Source: an uncultured delta proteobacterium
GTDB lineage: Bacteria > Desulfobacterota > Desulfobacteria > Desulfobacterales > B30-G6
Direction of reading: 5' to 3'
Assembly: GCA_963823335.1 (NCBI GenBank)
Contig: CAWGLD010000001.1
Span: 1,504,001-1,568,000, forward strand
Length of the DNA stretch: 64,000 nt
Shown here: positions 47,328 through 57,246 of the stretch, in pieces
Position numbering within the stretch: the first letter of the stretch is position 1
How the letters are laid out: each line of letters begins with the position of its first letter
The notes under the pieces: model-generated
The model's input: the letters and a program-made list of their open reading frames with translations, nothing else
Told to the model about the DNA's origin: nothing
Database searches by the model: none
Made by a program: the position numbers and the translations under genes

Positions 47328-48617
47328 ATGCGTCTAAAAACGAAGCGTGCTGTTTTCGATGAAAAAAGAAAAGCTATTGAATTTTTCCGTGAGCATGTGT
47401 CTTCGGGAAAAGCAAAGTTTTTCAGCGACCTGGGTATGGATATGGTTATGGGTGACCGGGAAGGGGCGTTTCTGGCAGATATGGATGGACAGAAGAAGTT
47501 GTTCAATCTGCACTGCAACGGGGGTGTTTTCAACCTGGGCCATCGAAACCCTGAGCTGATAAAACTTCTCATCGAGAGCCTGGCTACATTTGATATCGGC
47601 AACCACCATCTCATGAGCCGGGTGCGGGCCGGGCTTGCAGAACGGATATCAGCGTCCATGCCCGGCGATTTGAACTACACCGTTTTCGGAGTCGGGGGCG
47701 GTGAGGCCGTCGATCTGGCCATCAAGGTCGCCCGGGCATGGTCCGGTCGAAAAAAAATCATCTCAGCCAGGGGTGGGTACCACGGGCATACCGGTCTTGC
47801 GGTGGCAACCGGGGACAGAAAATACAGTGAACCTTTTGGCGTGTCGTCGGAAGGTTTTGTCCAGGTTCCCTTCGGGGACCTTTCGGCTCTTGAAAACGCA
47901 ATGGATGATGCGGCTGCCGTCATTCTCGAAACGATTCCCGCGACCTTGGGCATTGTCGTTCCATCCCAGGAGTATCTGCCGGCTGTGCGTGACTTGTGCA
48001 GTAAAAAGGGCTGCCTGCTTATCCTGGATGAGATCCAGACCGGACTGGGACGTACCGGTAAGTTATGGGGGTTTGAGAACTTCGGTGTGATCCCGGACAT
48101 GGTTGTTCTGGGCAAAGGTCTTTCAGGGGGCTTGTACCCGATTGCGGCGACGGTGATGCGCACACCCCTCGAACAGGTGTTTCACGCAGACCCTTTCATT
48201 CATATATCGACATTCGGTGGCGCTGAACTGGGGTGTTGTATCGCAAAACGCGTGCTCGAGGTTTCTGCGGATCAGGTATTTCTCGACAGGGTCAACAATC
48301 TTGCCCGGGTCTTTGCCATGCACATCAAGGTGTTGCAGACTAAATACGCGGATTTCCTGGTCGGTTTCCGGCAGATCGGCCTGATGATGGGCCTGGTTTT
48401 CGAGAATGAACTCGCAGGCCCCCTGATGACGAAAACAGCCTATGAAAACGGTCTGCTGATGATTTACGCCAACAACGACACCACTGTCTGCCAGATGCTG
48501 CCACCCCTGATAATGGAAAAAGATCAGGTCCCCTGGGTCATGGAACGGTTGGACAGGTCTATCGCCGCCGCCCGGGAATTGTGCGGTGAAATTAATCCGA
48601 AGCAGAATACAGAATGA
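47328..48617 (+). CDS. Class III PLP-dependent aminotransferase-family enzyme
   Basis: GGEAVD.AIK, GYHGHTG, ILDEIQTGLGRTG, PDMVVLGKGLSGG and STFGG. Confidence 0.92.
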   Translation: MRLKTKRAVFDEKRKAIEFFREHVSSGKAKFFSDLGMDMVMGDREGAFLADMDGQKKLFNLHCNGGVFNLGHRNPELIKLLIESLATFDIGNHHLMSRVRAGLAERISASMPGDLNYTVFGVGGGEAVDLAIKVARAWSGRKKIISARGGYHGHTGLAVATGDRKYSEPFGVSSEGFVQVPFGDLSALENAMDDAAAVILETIPATLGIVVPSQEYLPAVRDLCSKKGCLLILDEIQTGLGRTGKLWGFENFGVIPDMVVLGKGLSGGLYPIAATVMRTPLEQVFHADPFIHISTFGGAELGCCIAKRVLEVSADQVFLDRVNNLARVFAMHIKVLQTKYADFLVGFRQIGLMMGLVFENELAGPLMTKTAYENGLLMIYANNDTTVCQMLPPLIMEKDQVPWVMERLDRSIAAARELCGEINPKQNTE

Positions 48618-49537
48618 AGATCGACACAGACCTTTTATACAGCTTCGAGAAGGGCTTGAATCCCCAGCAGATAGAACAATCCAGGATTCCGGCCTCGATA
48701 CTGGGGTATGGTGAGATATCCACCATCTTCAGGATCCAGGGTGACCATCGGACCGCTTATAAACGGATGCCGCTGTTCTCGAATCGGCAGTCGGCTGAAG
48801 ACTACGTCCTGCTCTACAGGGAGTATAGCCAGCGCTTGATAGCGGCCGGTTTGAACCTCCCGGACCACAATGCCGTTATCGTCAGTCTTCCCCGGCGGCC
48901 TGTGGTGGTGTACATCGCACAGGAGCGCTTGCCTTCGGACCGTTTCGGGCACGCGCTCATCCAAACCGGCGATCATCATCGCTGTATGCAGCTGATCGAA
49001 CAGGTAGCGCTGGAAATATCAAAGGTGTGGCACTACAATGCCTTGTCCGCTCCGGATGTGGCGCTTGCTCTGGACGGTCAGATATCCAACTGGGTATGTA
49101 TGGAAGGGGAGGGTGCTTTTACGATGGTCTACATCGATACCAGCACACCGTTTCTCCGGAGAGAGGGTATTGAACAGCTGGACCCCGAGCCGCTCTTGAA
49201 AAGTGCCCCTTCTTTCTTGAGATGGATCCTGAGATGGCTGTTCCTGGATGACGTGATGAACCGTTATTACGATTCCAGGCAGGTCTTTATCGATATTGCC
49301 GCCAACCTGTTCAAAGAACAGCGGAAAGATCTGATTCAGGGAACCATCGACATTTTCAACCGGCATCTTACAGACGGAGAGACACCCCTGACGGTTTTGG
49401 AAGTAGAAAAATACTACATAGAGGACAAACGGATCTGGACACTGTTTCTTGCTTTCCGGCGAATGGATTGCTGGCTGACAACCAGACTATTGCGCCGGCG
49501 TTATGAATTTATCTTGCCCGGGAAGATAAAGCGTTAG
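48614..49537 (+). CDS. DUF6206-like protein with kinase-like motifs
   Basis: LGYGEISTIF, AYKRMP, LDGQISNW and YIDTS; ATGA overlap with the aminotransferase. Confidence 0.7.
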   Translation: MKIDTDLLYSFEKGLNPQQIEQSRIPASILGYGEISTIFRIQGDHRTAYKRMPLFSNRQSAEDYVLLYREYSQRLIAAGLNLPDHNAVIVSLPRRPVVVYIAQERLPSDRFGHALIQTGDHHRCMQLIEQVALEISKVWHYNALSAPDVALALDGQISNWVCMEGEGAFTMVYIDTSTPFLRREGIEQLDPEPLLKSAPSFLRWILRWLFLDDVMNRYYDSRQVFIDIAANLFKEQRKDLIQGTIDIFNRHLTDGETPLTVLEVEKYYIEDKRIWTLFLAFRRMDCWLTTRLLRRRYEFILPGKIKR

Positions 49538-49698
49538 AGGACTGCCGATATTTGGACGAAAGGATTCCGCACTGAATTTTATAGGGGTTGTCAGAAAAAC
49601 GTTCCGATTGAGGACCTTTTTTCTGCTACAACCCCTTATGCCGCCATCCTATTTTCGGAACATTATTATGACAAGCGCTATAAATATGGGGAATAAAT

Positions 49699-51030
49699 AT
49701 GTGTGACACCTTTATAGCCATGCCGTCCAGCACCGCGGATGGGTCTGTTCTGTTCGGTAAGAACAGCGACCGGGAACCCAATGAGGCCCAGGCGCTGGAA
49801 TACCATCCGGGTTCCGCGCATCCTCCGGATTCCCGGGTGACATGCACGTATATCCAAATTCCTCAGGTGGATGAGACCTATGACATCCTGATCTCGAGAC
49901 CCTTCTGGATGTGGGGAGCCGAGATGGGGGCCAACGAGAAAGGGGTCGTCATTGGAAACGAGGCCGTTTTTACCCGTATGCCCATGGAACACGAGGGGAA
50001 GCTCACGGGTATGGATATCCTGCGGCTGGCACTGGAGCGCTCTGAAACGGCGGACAGGGCGCTGGAGGTTGCGATTCAACTCTTGTCGGATCACGGCCAG
50101 GGTGGTATCTGTGGGTATAGAAACCGCAAAATGGTCTATCATAACAGTTATATAATTGCAGACCCCGATAGGGCCTGGATCCTGGAAACAGCGGGTCCCA
50201 TGTGGGCTGCAGCCAGGATAAAGAAAACCTACAGCATCAGTAACGGTTTGACCCTCGGCGAGTCATTTGAAGAAAGTCATCCGGAGCTCATAACGCTTGC
50301 CAAAAAGCAGGGCTGGCTCAAAAGAGGTGAGACCTTTCATTTTGCACGCTGCTATTCAGACTGGCTTTATACGACCTTCTCAGCCAGCCGCAGGCGAAAA
50401 AGCAGATCGTCCCATCTGTTGAATCAGGCTTTGGGCACCCTGGTGCCGAGGGGCGCCATAGGGATTCTTCGGGATCACGACACATCCATGTATCGACCGG
50501 GAGGACACTTTTTGCAGGACCGTCTCTGCGCGCATGCTGCCAACAGCCTTACCAGAGATTCGGCCCAGTCCACGGGGTCTTTGATGGCTCATCTTACGCC
50601 GGGGCTTCAGACATACTGGGTCACAGGGACGTCTGCCCCCTGCACGGGCATCTTCAAACCCGTATGGTTTAACGACCGAGTTCTGCCGGATATAGGCCCT
50701 GAACCCGGTGATGCCTATGATCCCCGTTGCCTGTGGTGGTTTCATGAAGACCTTCACCGGGCAGTGCTGGAAGACTATGAATACAGGGTGTCGCTTTTTC
50801 GCGAGGAACGGGATGCCCTGGAAGACCGGTTTCTCGAGAGGGCCTCAAACCAGGGCGCTGAAAAACAGTATGACATCTCTCTGGCGGCCTTTGAGGAGGC
50901 CAGGATAAACACCGAGAAATGGATCAAGCGGGTAAAGGCCGCCGGCGTGCGGAACAGGGAAAACTGGGTGTACCGGCGTTACTGGAAAAAGCAGATCCAG
51001 CGTTCGATATCTACTGCGCTGGCGAAGTGA
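49699..51030 (+). CDS. C69 family (secernin-like) Ntn-hydrolase
   Basis: N-terminal MCDT nucleophile, FGKNSDREPNEAQ, WMWGAEMGANE.GV.IGNEA, GMD.LRLALER and YHNSY.IAD. Confidence 0.92.
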   Translation: MCDTFIAMPSSTADGSVLFGKNSDREPNEAQALEYHPGSAHPPDSRVTCTYIQIPQVDETYDILISRPFWMWGAEMGANEKGVVIGNEAVFTRMPMEHEGKLTGMDILRLALERSETADRALEVAIQLLSDHGQGGICGYRNRKMVYHNSYIIADPDRAWILETAGPMWAAARIKKTYSISNGLTLGESFEESHPELITLAKKQGWLKRGETFHFARCYSDWLYTTFSASRRRKSRSSHLLNQALGTLVPRGAIGILRDHDTSMYRPGGHFLQDRLCAHAANSLTRDSAQSTGSLMAHLTPGLQTYWVTGTSAPCTGIFKPVWFNDRVLPDIGPEPGDAYDPRCLWWFHEDLHRAVLEDYEYRVSLFREERDALEDRFLERASNQGAEKQYDISLAAFEEARINTEKWIKRVKAAGVRNRENWVYRRYWKKQIQRSISTALAK

Positions 51031-51103
51031 ACCGAAAAAGGGAGCGCATTCTCCGCAGGTTCTGCCGTGCAGCAGTGCTTCGCATGCTGCGAGGAATCGT
51101 CAA
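51027..51103 (+). repeat. TTGAA...TTCAA mini-element, short form (copy E, degenerate)
   Basis: TGAACCG...GGTTCTGCCGTGCAGCAGTGCTTCGCATGCTGCGAGGAATCGTCAA. Confidence 0.8.
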
Positions 51104-51175
51104 TTCATCATGATTTGTCGGGGCCACGGGATTCTTCAATGCCCCATCTCAATCTATGCTTAAGGAGGAATATCA

Positions 51176-51499
51176 ATGCGAATCGAACTCAACAAAAACA
51201 TTGTGGCATTTACGCCCGAAGCCGATTATGAGAAAACCATGTTGGAAGGACTTTGGCGTATGCTTGTGGATTGTGCTCGTTTTAACCAGAAACTGGTGCC
51301 GATAGGCGAGTATGTTCCTGCAAAAAACAACTCAGCTCAATTTGCAGTTGAAGGTGAAAAGGGTGAAGAAGAATATCCAGTGGTCTATGTGGACAAAGAC
51401 GTCACCTGCTATTGCCAGACATGCAACAAGTACGTTAATCTCAAAGCCGGCGACCGCATTCCACCGTGTTGTGGTAAGTTGATGGAGTTGTTGGACTAG
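51176..51499 (+). CDS. Small protein with a C-terminal desulforedoxin-like Cys motif
   Basis: AAGGAGG RBS; CYCQTCNK...PPCCGKLM. Confidence 0.8.
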   Translation: MRIELNKNIVAFTPEADYEKTMLEGLWRMLVDCARFNQKLVPIGEYVPAKNNSAQFAVEGEKGEEEYPVVYVDKDVTCYCQTCNKYVNLKAGDRIPPCCGKLMELLD

Positions 51500-51519
51500 A
51501 TTAAAGGATCGACAGAACC

Positions 51520-52884
51520 ATGCAGAGCTCTTTTTCGTTCGATGGCATGATTGTTTTTGGTTGGCTGTCATTTATGCTTCTGGCCGGTGTGCTGTTGAGA
51601 TCAAGGATACCTTTTTTGCAGCGGTTTCTTTTCCCCAGCTGTTTAACCGGCGGGATGCTGGGCCTGGTTCTTACCCAGACCGGCGTTGTCCAAATCGACC
51701 CGGGTGTCCTGGAAACCTATGCCTATCATTTTTTTAACATCTCCTTTATTTCCGTGGGGCTGACCGCTGGAACCTCCGGCTCGCCCCAGCCGGCACAAAA
51801 CAGGGAGTACGTCAAGGGTCCCGCCTGGATGGCCCTGATACAGGGATCCTGTTTCGGGTTGCAGGCATCCTTGGGCGGGGTGCTCGTTATTGTATTTGGA
51901 CTTCTGGGTTATGAGCTATTTCCGACCTTCGGTTTTCTCGTACCACTGGGTTTTGAAGAAGGTCCGGGTCAGGCACTCTCTGTCGGTAAAGTCTGGGAAA
52001 GCTTCGGATTCGCTCACGCGGCAACCATCGGTCTGACATTTGCCGCCATGGGTTTCTTTTTTTCATTTTTTGTGGGGGTTCCTCTTGTCAACTGGGGCAT
52101 CCGAAAGGGGTTTTCTGCAGCCGGCCCACGAGTTCTGACCAAAGAGATGCTCACCGGTATTCTTCCCAAAGATGGACCTTCAGAATCTGCCGGTGCGTTG
52201 ACGCTTCACCCGGGAAACATCGACACCCTTGCCTTCCAGGCTGCCCTGGTTGGGCTGGTCTATATCATTTCCTATGGTCTTGTTACATCTGCCGGCATGT
52301 TTCTACCGGGTGATGCCGCTAAGATATTATGGGGTTTTTTCTTTATCATCGGACTGGTGATCGCCATTTTTATCCGCCGGCTTATGACCAGCTGGGGTTG
52401 GGTGCATCTGATCGATCCCGGGATCCAGCGTCGCGTAACAGGGTGGGCAATTGATTTTCTGATTGTCTCCACGGTGGCGGCCATACAACTCACGGTTGTT
52501 TGGCGGTATATTCTACCCATCAGCGTGCTCGGACTTGTTAATGGCTTAATGACAACGCTGCTGGTGGTATACCTGGGCCGGAGGGTATGGGCGTATAATC
52601 TCGAACGAACCGCCGCCGTTTATGGCGCCGTAACCGGAACGGTTTCTTGCGGTCTTTTACTGCTGCGTATCGCCGATCCGGAATTTGAAACACCGGTGGC
52701 CGTTGAAATCGCCATAATGAATGTTTTTTCCATCGTTCCCATCGGCATATGTCTCATGCTGGTCAACGGGCCTGTATGGTGGAACTGGGGCGTTGGCAGG
52801 ACATCGCTGATTTTTCTGGGAGTTATGTGCTTGTGTCTGGCCACGCTCCGGATGCTCAAATACTGGGGAGCGCCCAAATTTTGA
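51520..52884 (+). CDS. GltS/ESS-family sodium:solute symporter
   Basis: LQRFLFPS...GG, PLGFEEGPGQA, G.TFA..GF, YGAVTGT and LLLLRIADPEFETP. Confidence 0.82.
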   Translation: MQSSFSFDGMIVFGWLSFMLLAGVLLRSRIPFLQRFLFPSCLTGGMLGLVLTQTGVVQIDPGVLETYAYHFFNISFISVGLTAGTSGSPQPAQNREYVKGPAWMALIQGSCFGLQASLGGVLVIVFGLLGYELFPTFGFLVPLGFEEGPGQALSVGKVWESFGFAHAATIGLTFAAMGFFFSFFVGVPLVNWGIRKGFSAAGPRVLTKEMLTGILPKDGPSESAGALTLHPGNIDTLAFQAALVGLVYIISYGLVTSAGMFLPGDAAKILWGFFFIIGLVIAIFIRRLMTSWGWVHLIDPGIQRRVTGWAIDFLIVSTVAAIQLTVVWRYILPISVLGLVNGLMTTLLVVYLGRRVWAYNLERTAAVYGAVTGTVSCGLLLLRIADPEFETPVAVEIAIMNVFSIVPIGICLMLVNGPVWWNWGVGRTSLIFLGVMCLCLATLRMLKYWGAPKF

Positions 52885-52994
52885 CAAGGAACCGCCTAAT
52901 AATCAGGTCACTTTAAGCTATCAGCAGCTTAGAGCTAATTGCTTACAGCTATAAATCCCGTGCTTCTGTAGCGCGGGATTTATTTGGAGGACTC

Positions 52995-54323
52995 ATGGGA
53001 CAGAAGTCGCTACCATTAAAAGGTATGACCAAGGAAGCCATCTTTGAAGAATTCAGCACCTTGAAATCCCAGGATGCAGATTGGCATAACGGGCAAATGT
53101 TCGGTCTGATTTATGAAGCGGGCCAGGATGTAGAAGATCTGGTGAAGGCCGCCCAGGCGGAGTTTACGATTGCCAATGGTCTCAATCCCATGGCTTTCCC
53201 AAGTCTTGTGAAGATGGAAAACGAGATCGTTTCCATGGTAATCTCGCTTAGTGGGGGAGATGACGCCGTGGCGGGAAGCGTAACCACCGGAGGGACCGAA
53301 AGCATATTCATGGCCATGAAGGCGGCACGGGATTGGGGTCGTGCAACACGACCGGAGGTCGAGAAACCTGAAATGATTGTCCCGGTTACGGCGCATCCTG
53401 CCTGGAACAAGGCCGCCCATTACCTGGGCCTCAAGCTAGTGACAGTCCCGGTTGGTGCAGACTTTCGCGCCGATGTCGCGGCCATGGAGGGCGCGATTAC
53501 CGCCAATACGATTATCCTTGGGGGTACTGCCGTGACGTATCCCCATGGTGTCGTGGATCCCATCGACAAACTGGGGAAACTTGCTCAGGCACATCATTTG
53601 TGGCTGCATGTGGACGCCTGTCTTGGCGGCTTGATCCTGCCTTTTGTCAAGAAGGCAGGATACGAGATACCCGTGTACGGTTTCGATGTCCCGGGTGTGA
53701 GTTCGGTGTCCGCCGACATCCACAAGTATGCCTACACCCCCAAGGGAATTTCCATCGTCATGTATCGTGACGTGTCCCTGCGCCAGTATCAATTTTTTGT
53801 ATACACGGATTGGCCGGGTGGCGTGTATGCCACACCGGCCCTGAGCGGGGGACGAAGCGGTGGTCTTATTGCGGCTGCCTGGGCTGTTTTTCATTACCTG
53901 GGGGAGTCGGGTTTTGTGCGGCTCGCCAAACAAGCCAAGGAGGCAGCCAACAGGCTTATGGCAGGCATTGAGGCCATACCGGAACTTCATATCCTCGGTG
54001 ATCCCGAGGCTACGGTCTTTGCCATCGCTAGCGATCAGATCAATATTTTTGAACTTGGTGCTCAAATGAACGACCGCGGCTGGCACATCGAGACCCAGCA
54101 CCTTCCAGCGAGCCTTCACATGACAATTTCCCCGGTCCACATCGAAACAGCGGATCGATTTCTCTTTGATTTAAAAACCGCTGTTCCCAACATTCCACCG
54201 GTGGATGCGGACGCATTGTCGGATCAGGCCGCCCTGTATGCCATGATCGGCACCTTGCCGGACCGTAAAATGGCCAAAGAACTGGTGCTGCAGTATTTTA
54301 ATGATCTGTACCGGCTCAAGTAA
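52995..54323 (+). CDS. Sphingosine-1-phosphate-lyase-like group II PLP enzyme
   Basis: TGGTESI, AHPAWNKAAHY, YPHGVVDPI, LHVDACLGG, SADIHKYAYTPKG and WPGGVYATP..SG.RSG, closely paralleling SGPL1/Dpl1 motifs. Confidence 0.85.
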   Translation: MGQKSLPLKGMTKEAIFEEFSTLKSQDADWHNGQMFGLIYEAGQDVEDLVKAAQAEFTIANGLNPMAFPSLVKMENEIVSMVISLSGGDDAVAGSVTTGGTESIFMAMKAARDWGRATRPEVEKPEMIVPVTAHPAWNKAAHYLGLKLVTVPVGADFRADVAAMEGAITANTIILGGTAVTYPHGVVDPIDKLGKLAQAHHLWLHVDACLGGLILPFVKKAGYEIPVYGFDVPGVSSVSADIHKYAYTPKGISIVMYRDVSLRQYQFFVYTDWPGGVYATPALSGGRSGGLIAAAWAVFHYLGESGFVRLAKQAKEAANRLMAGIEAIPELHILGDPEATVFAIASDQINIFELGAQMNDRGWHIETQHLPASLHMTISPVHIETADRFLFDLKTAVPNIPPVDADALSDQAALYAMIGTLPDRKMAKELVLQYFNDLYRLK

Positions 54324-54403
54324 ATGCTTAACACGGGATCTGACACCGGGACAGAAAATCAGGCAACATTCCGGGAGTCGAGATTCTCTTTTTGCCCTGA
54401 GAA

Positions 54404-54925
54404 TTATTTTTTCAATATGACCGGTTCCGGTTTGTAGTCGCCCGAAGTTACCCGGTTCCAAAAAGTTTTTTCGTCCTCCATCCATCGCGAGCCGAAGTTC
54501 TTTTTGAAGACCCCCCCCAAGCGTTGGAACATGCGCTTCAGGCCTGAGCGGTGCTCCATGGTCAGGAGGTCTTCCAGAAAATCGGCGATGTCCACCATTC
54601 TTTCTTTTGGAATATATGCCCGGGCGCCCATTTCAATTGAACGCTTCAGGTCTTGCACGGAAAATGCGTGGGCTGTGAGCATGGCGGTGGGAAAGCCCAG
54701 ATGGACCGATGCATTGAGAAGGTCAAATCCGCGGACACCCATGATATCTAAAATCACGGCATCATACGTCCAGGATCTGAGTAGATGGTAGCCGGCTTCA
54801 TAATCTGTTGCCCGGTCGAAAACAAGGTCCTCATAGTCCTCGAGAAGATCCGCCAGTGTTTCCAGAACATCGGGTTCATCGTCGACGGCCAGTATCCGTT
54901 TACCATTTAAAATGTGTTCTGACAT
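54404..54925 (-). CDS. Response regulator receiver protein with C-terminal extension
   Basis: ILAVDDE, ILDIMG, MLTAH and YIPK. Confidence 0.88.
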   Translation of the reverse strand: MSEHILNGKRILAVDDEPDVLETLADLLEDYEDLVFDRATDYEAGYHLLRSWTYDAVILDIMGVRGFDLLNASVHLGFPTAMLTAHAFSVQDLKRSIEMGARAYIPKERMVDIADFLEDLLTMEHRSGLKRMFQRLGGVFKKNFGSRWMEDEKTFWNRVTSGDYKPEPVILKK

Positions 54926-54947
54926 TTTATGTGCCTCTTCATGCGTG

Positions 54948-55517
54948 TCATATATAGTTGGTTTTCTCCTTCACATCTTTTCTGGGAACTGCCGCCATGG
55001 CGCTTTTGGGTTTGCCGATGCATACCAGAGAGATGGGGGTTTTGTTTTCGGAAATATCGAGTATTTTTCTCATTTGAGGCTTGTCGAAAAAGGTGAACCA
55101 AAGACCCCCCAGTCCCAATGCATGAGCGGCCAGGAGCATATTTTGAATAGCTGCCGCACAGGCCAGCTGATAGCCGGCGCTGCCCTCTTTTTGAAACATG
55201 TCCACACCGGTCTTTTGCGGGTCTCCTATCACAGCGATGATCACCGGCGCCTCCTTTAGAAAGTCGGCCTTATATTTGTTCAGCCACGTCCAGCCGCTTT
55301 CTTCGATGGCCCAGCTCCGGCATCTTTCAGCTTCTGAAAACAATTCATTTTTCTTGTCATCGCTTGTGATGATGATAAATTGCCATGGCTGGGTGTTCAG
55401 GGGCGACGGCGCCCATGCAGCCGCCTCGAGCACTTTTTCGATGGTTTTGCTATCAACGGGTTCGTTTACAAAGTTTCTGCAGCTTCTTCTGTCTTTGATT
55501 GCTTTAAAAAGATCCAT
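54948..55517 (-). CDS. Nitroreductase family protein
   Basis: RRSCRNF, APSPLNTQPWQF and QNMLLAAHALGLG. Confidence 0.92.
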   Translation of the reverse strand: MDLFKAIKDRRSCRNFVNEPVDSKTIEKVLEAAAWAPSPLNTQPWQFIIITSDDKKNELFSEAERCRSWAIEESGWTWLNKYKADFLKEAPVIIAVIGDPQKTGVDMFQKEGSAGYQLACAAAIQNMLLAAHALGLGGLWFTFFDKPQMRKILDISENKTPISLVCIGKPKSAMAAVPRKDVKEKTNYI

Positions 55518-55518
55518 A

Positions 55519-57204
55519 TCATGCTCCTTTGGAACCAAATGTTTTATTGTCTTTTGACATTCGCCGAACCTCATCATCCCTGACCTCCCGCCGAAGAAGC
55601 TTACCCACCTTTGACTTGGGCAGCATATCTCTAAATTCAACGTAGGATGGTACTTTGTAGGGAGCCAGGCGTTCACGGCACCATGCGATCAATTCAGCGC
55701 CGCCCACACCCCTGGCATCTTCTTTGAGCACGACGATGGCCTTGATTCTTTCACCCACTTTGGGGTCCGGAATACCTACGACACAGGCACCGATAACCGT
55801 GGAATGGTCCTGCAGCACAGCTTCGACTTCTGAAGCTGAAACGCGGAAGGCTTTGTGTTTGATGATATCGGCCGATCGTTCCATATATATCAGCTCACCC
55901 GTGGGAAGGGCACTGACAAAATCACCCATACGGCACCATATCTTTCCCTGGATCTCGATATAGGTTTTGCGCGTTTCTTCGGGCTTGTTGTAGTATTCCT
56001 TCAGAGTATAGGGAGAGGTGATCAGAAGTTCTCCGCTCTGGTTTCCGGAAACCGGCTCCAGGGTTTCAGGGTCGACGATCATGCACTGCCTGCTTTTCAG
56101 CGGGAACCCGATGGCCCTCGGGCTCGGTTCGACCCCGATACGGCTGTAAGTCACATGCCCGACTTCGGTGGACCCGTAGACTTGATAAATAGGGATGCCG
56201 CAGTGTTTGCGCCAGCGGTCCTTCACCTCTTCCGGCAGGACATCGCCACCGCAATAGCAATAGGTCAGGGAACTTAAATCGTATCGGTCGAGGCGATCAT
56301 TTTCCAGAATCATCCGGTATAGGGCCGGCACACCGAGGATCCATCGAACCCGGTATCGCTGAATGGATTCCAGAATCGCATCCACCTGAGGGATCGGCAT
56401 CAACAGGACGGTGTTGCCCTTGTTTAATCCGACAGCCATGAACAATCCCAGGGCCATGATATGAAACAGCGGATTGATGGCGATATAGGTGTCCTCGCCC
56501 TCCTTGAGGTGATCGCCGGCGACATCTTCCGTAACGTCGTTCACATAAGATGTCATGCCGATGTGTGTTCCGGGAACACCCTTGGGAAATCCGGTGGTAC
56601 CACCGGTATAGAGGATGTAGGATAAATCCTTGACAGGATCGATGTCTGCGTTCTTCTGAATGGGGGAATGCTTGAGCAGGGATCGAAATTTCTTCACACG
56701 ATCGTCCCGATCGACTTTCCCGGTGGGGATCTTGTCGAATAAAACACCCAGACAACGCTTCCAGACCGGCAGGAGATCCACCATGTTGGTCACAACCACC
56801 TGTTTGAGATCGGTTTGCGACAGCGCTTCTTTAACATAGCAGAAATTGGTGTCCGTGCAGATGATCGAGTCGACGCCGGCATCCTTGATCATGTAGATGA
56901 TCTCATGAGACGTGTAAATCGGCGCAACCGGCACGATAACGGCACCGATTTTCTGGATACCCAAAAATGCGACCACCCATTGAGCGCAATTGGGGATATA
57001 GATCATCACCCGGTCACCTTTACGCACACCCATGTCGGACAAGCCGCCGGCAAACCGCTCAGATAAATTTTTCAGACGGCGATAGGTGAAATGTTCTCCC
57101 AGATAGATCAAGGCGCTTCGGTCCGGGTATTTTTCACTCATCTGATCAAAGCGGGTGAATGTCAGTTCTTTTTCCAGTGTATCAACGGTAGTGCTCATAT
57201 TCAA
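55519..57204 (-). CDS. AMP-dependent acyl-CoA ligase
   Basis: YTGGTTGFPKG, YGSTE, RMGD, EVEAVL and LPKSKVGK. Confidence 0.93.
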   Translation of the reverse strand: MNMSTTVDTLEKELTFTRFDQMSEKYPDRSALIYLGEHFTYRRLKNLSERFAGGLSDMGVRKGDRVMIYIPNCAQWVVAFLGIQKIGAVIVPVAPIYTSHEIIYMIKDAGVDSIICTDTNFCYVKEALSQTDLKQVVVTNMVDLLPVWKRCLGVLFDKIPTGKVDRDDRVKKFRSLLKHSPIQKNADIDPVKDLSYILYTGGTTGFPKGVPGTHIGMTSYVNDVTEDVAGDHLKEGEDTYIAINPLFHIMALGLFMAVGLNKGNTVLLMPIPQVDAILESIQRYRVRWILGVPALYRMILENDRLDRYDLSSLTYCYCGGDVLPEEVKDRWRKHCGIPIYQVYGSTEVGHVTYSRIGVEPSPRAIGFPLKSRQCMIVDPETLEPVSGNQSGELLITSPYTLKEYYNKPEETRKTYIEIQGKIWCRMGDFVSALPTGELIYMERSADIIKHKAFRVSASEVEAVLQDHSTVIGACVVGIPDPKVGERIKAIVVLKEDARGVGGAELIAWCRERLAPYKVPSYVEFRDMLPKSKVGKLLRREVRDDEVRRMSKDNKTFGSKGA

Positions 57205-57246
57205 TCAGACTCCTGAAAAAAAAATATTCTTCACAAAGGATGGGAA

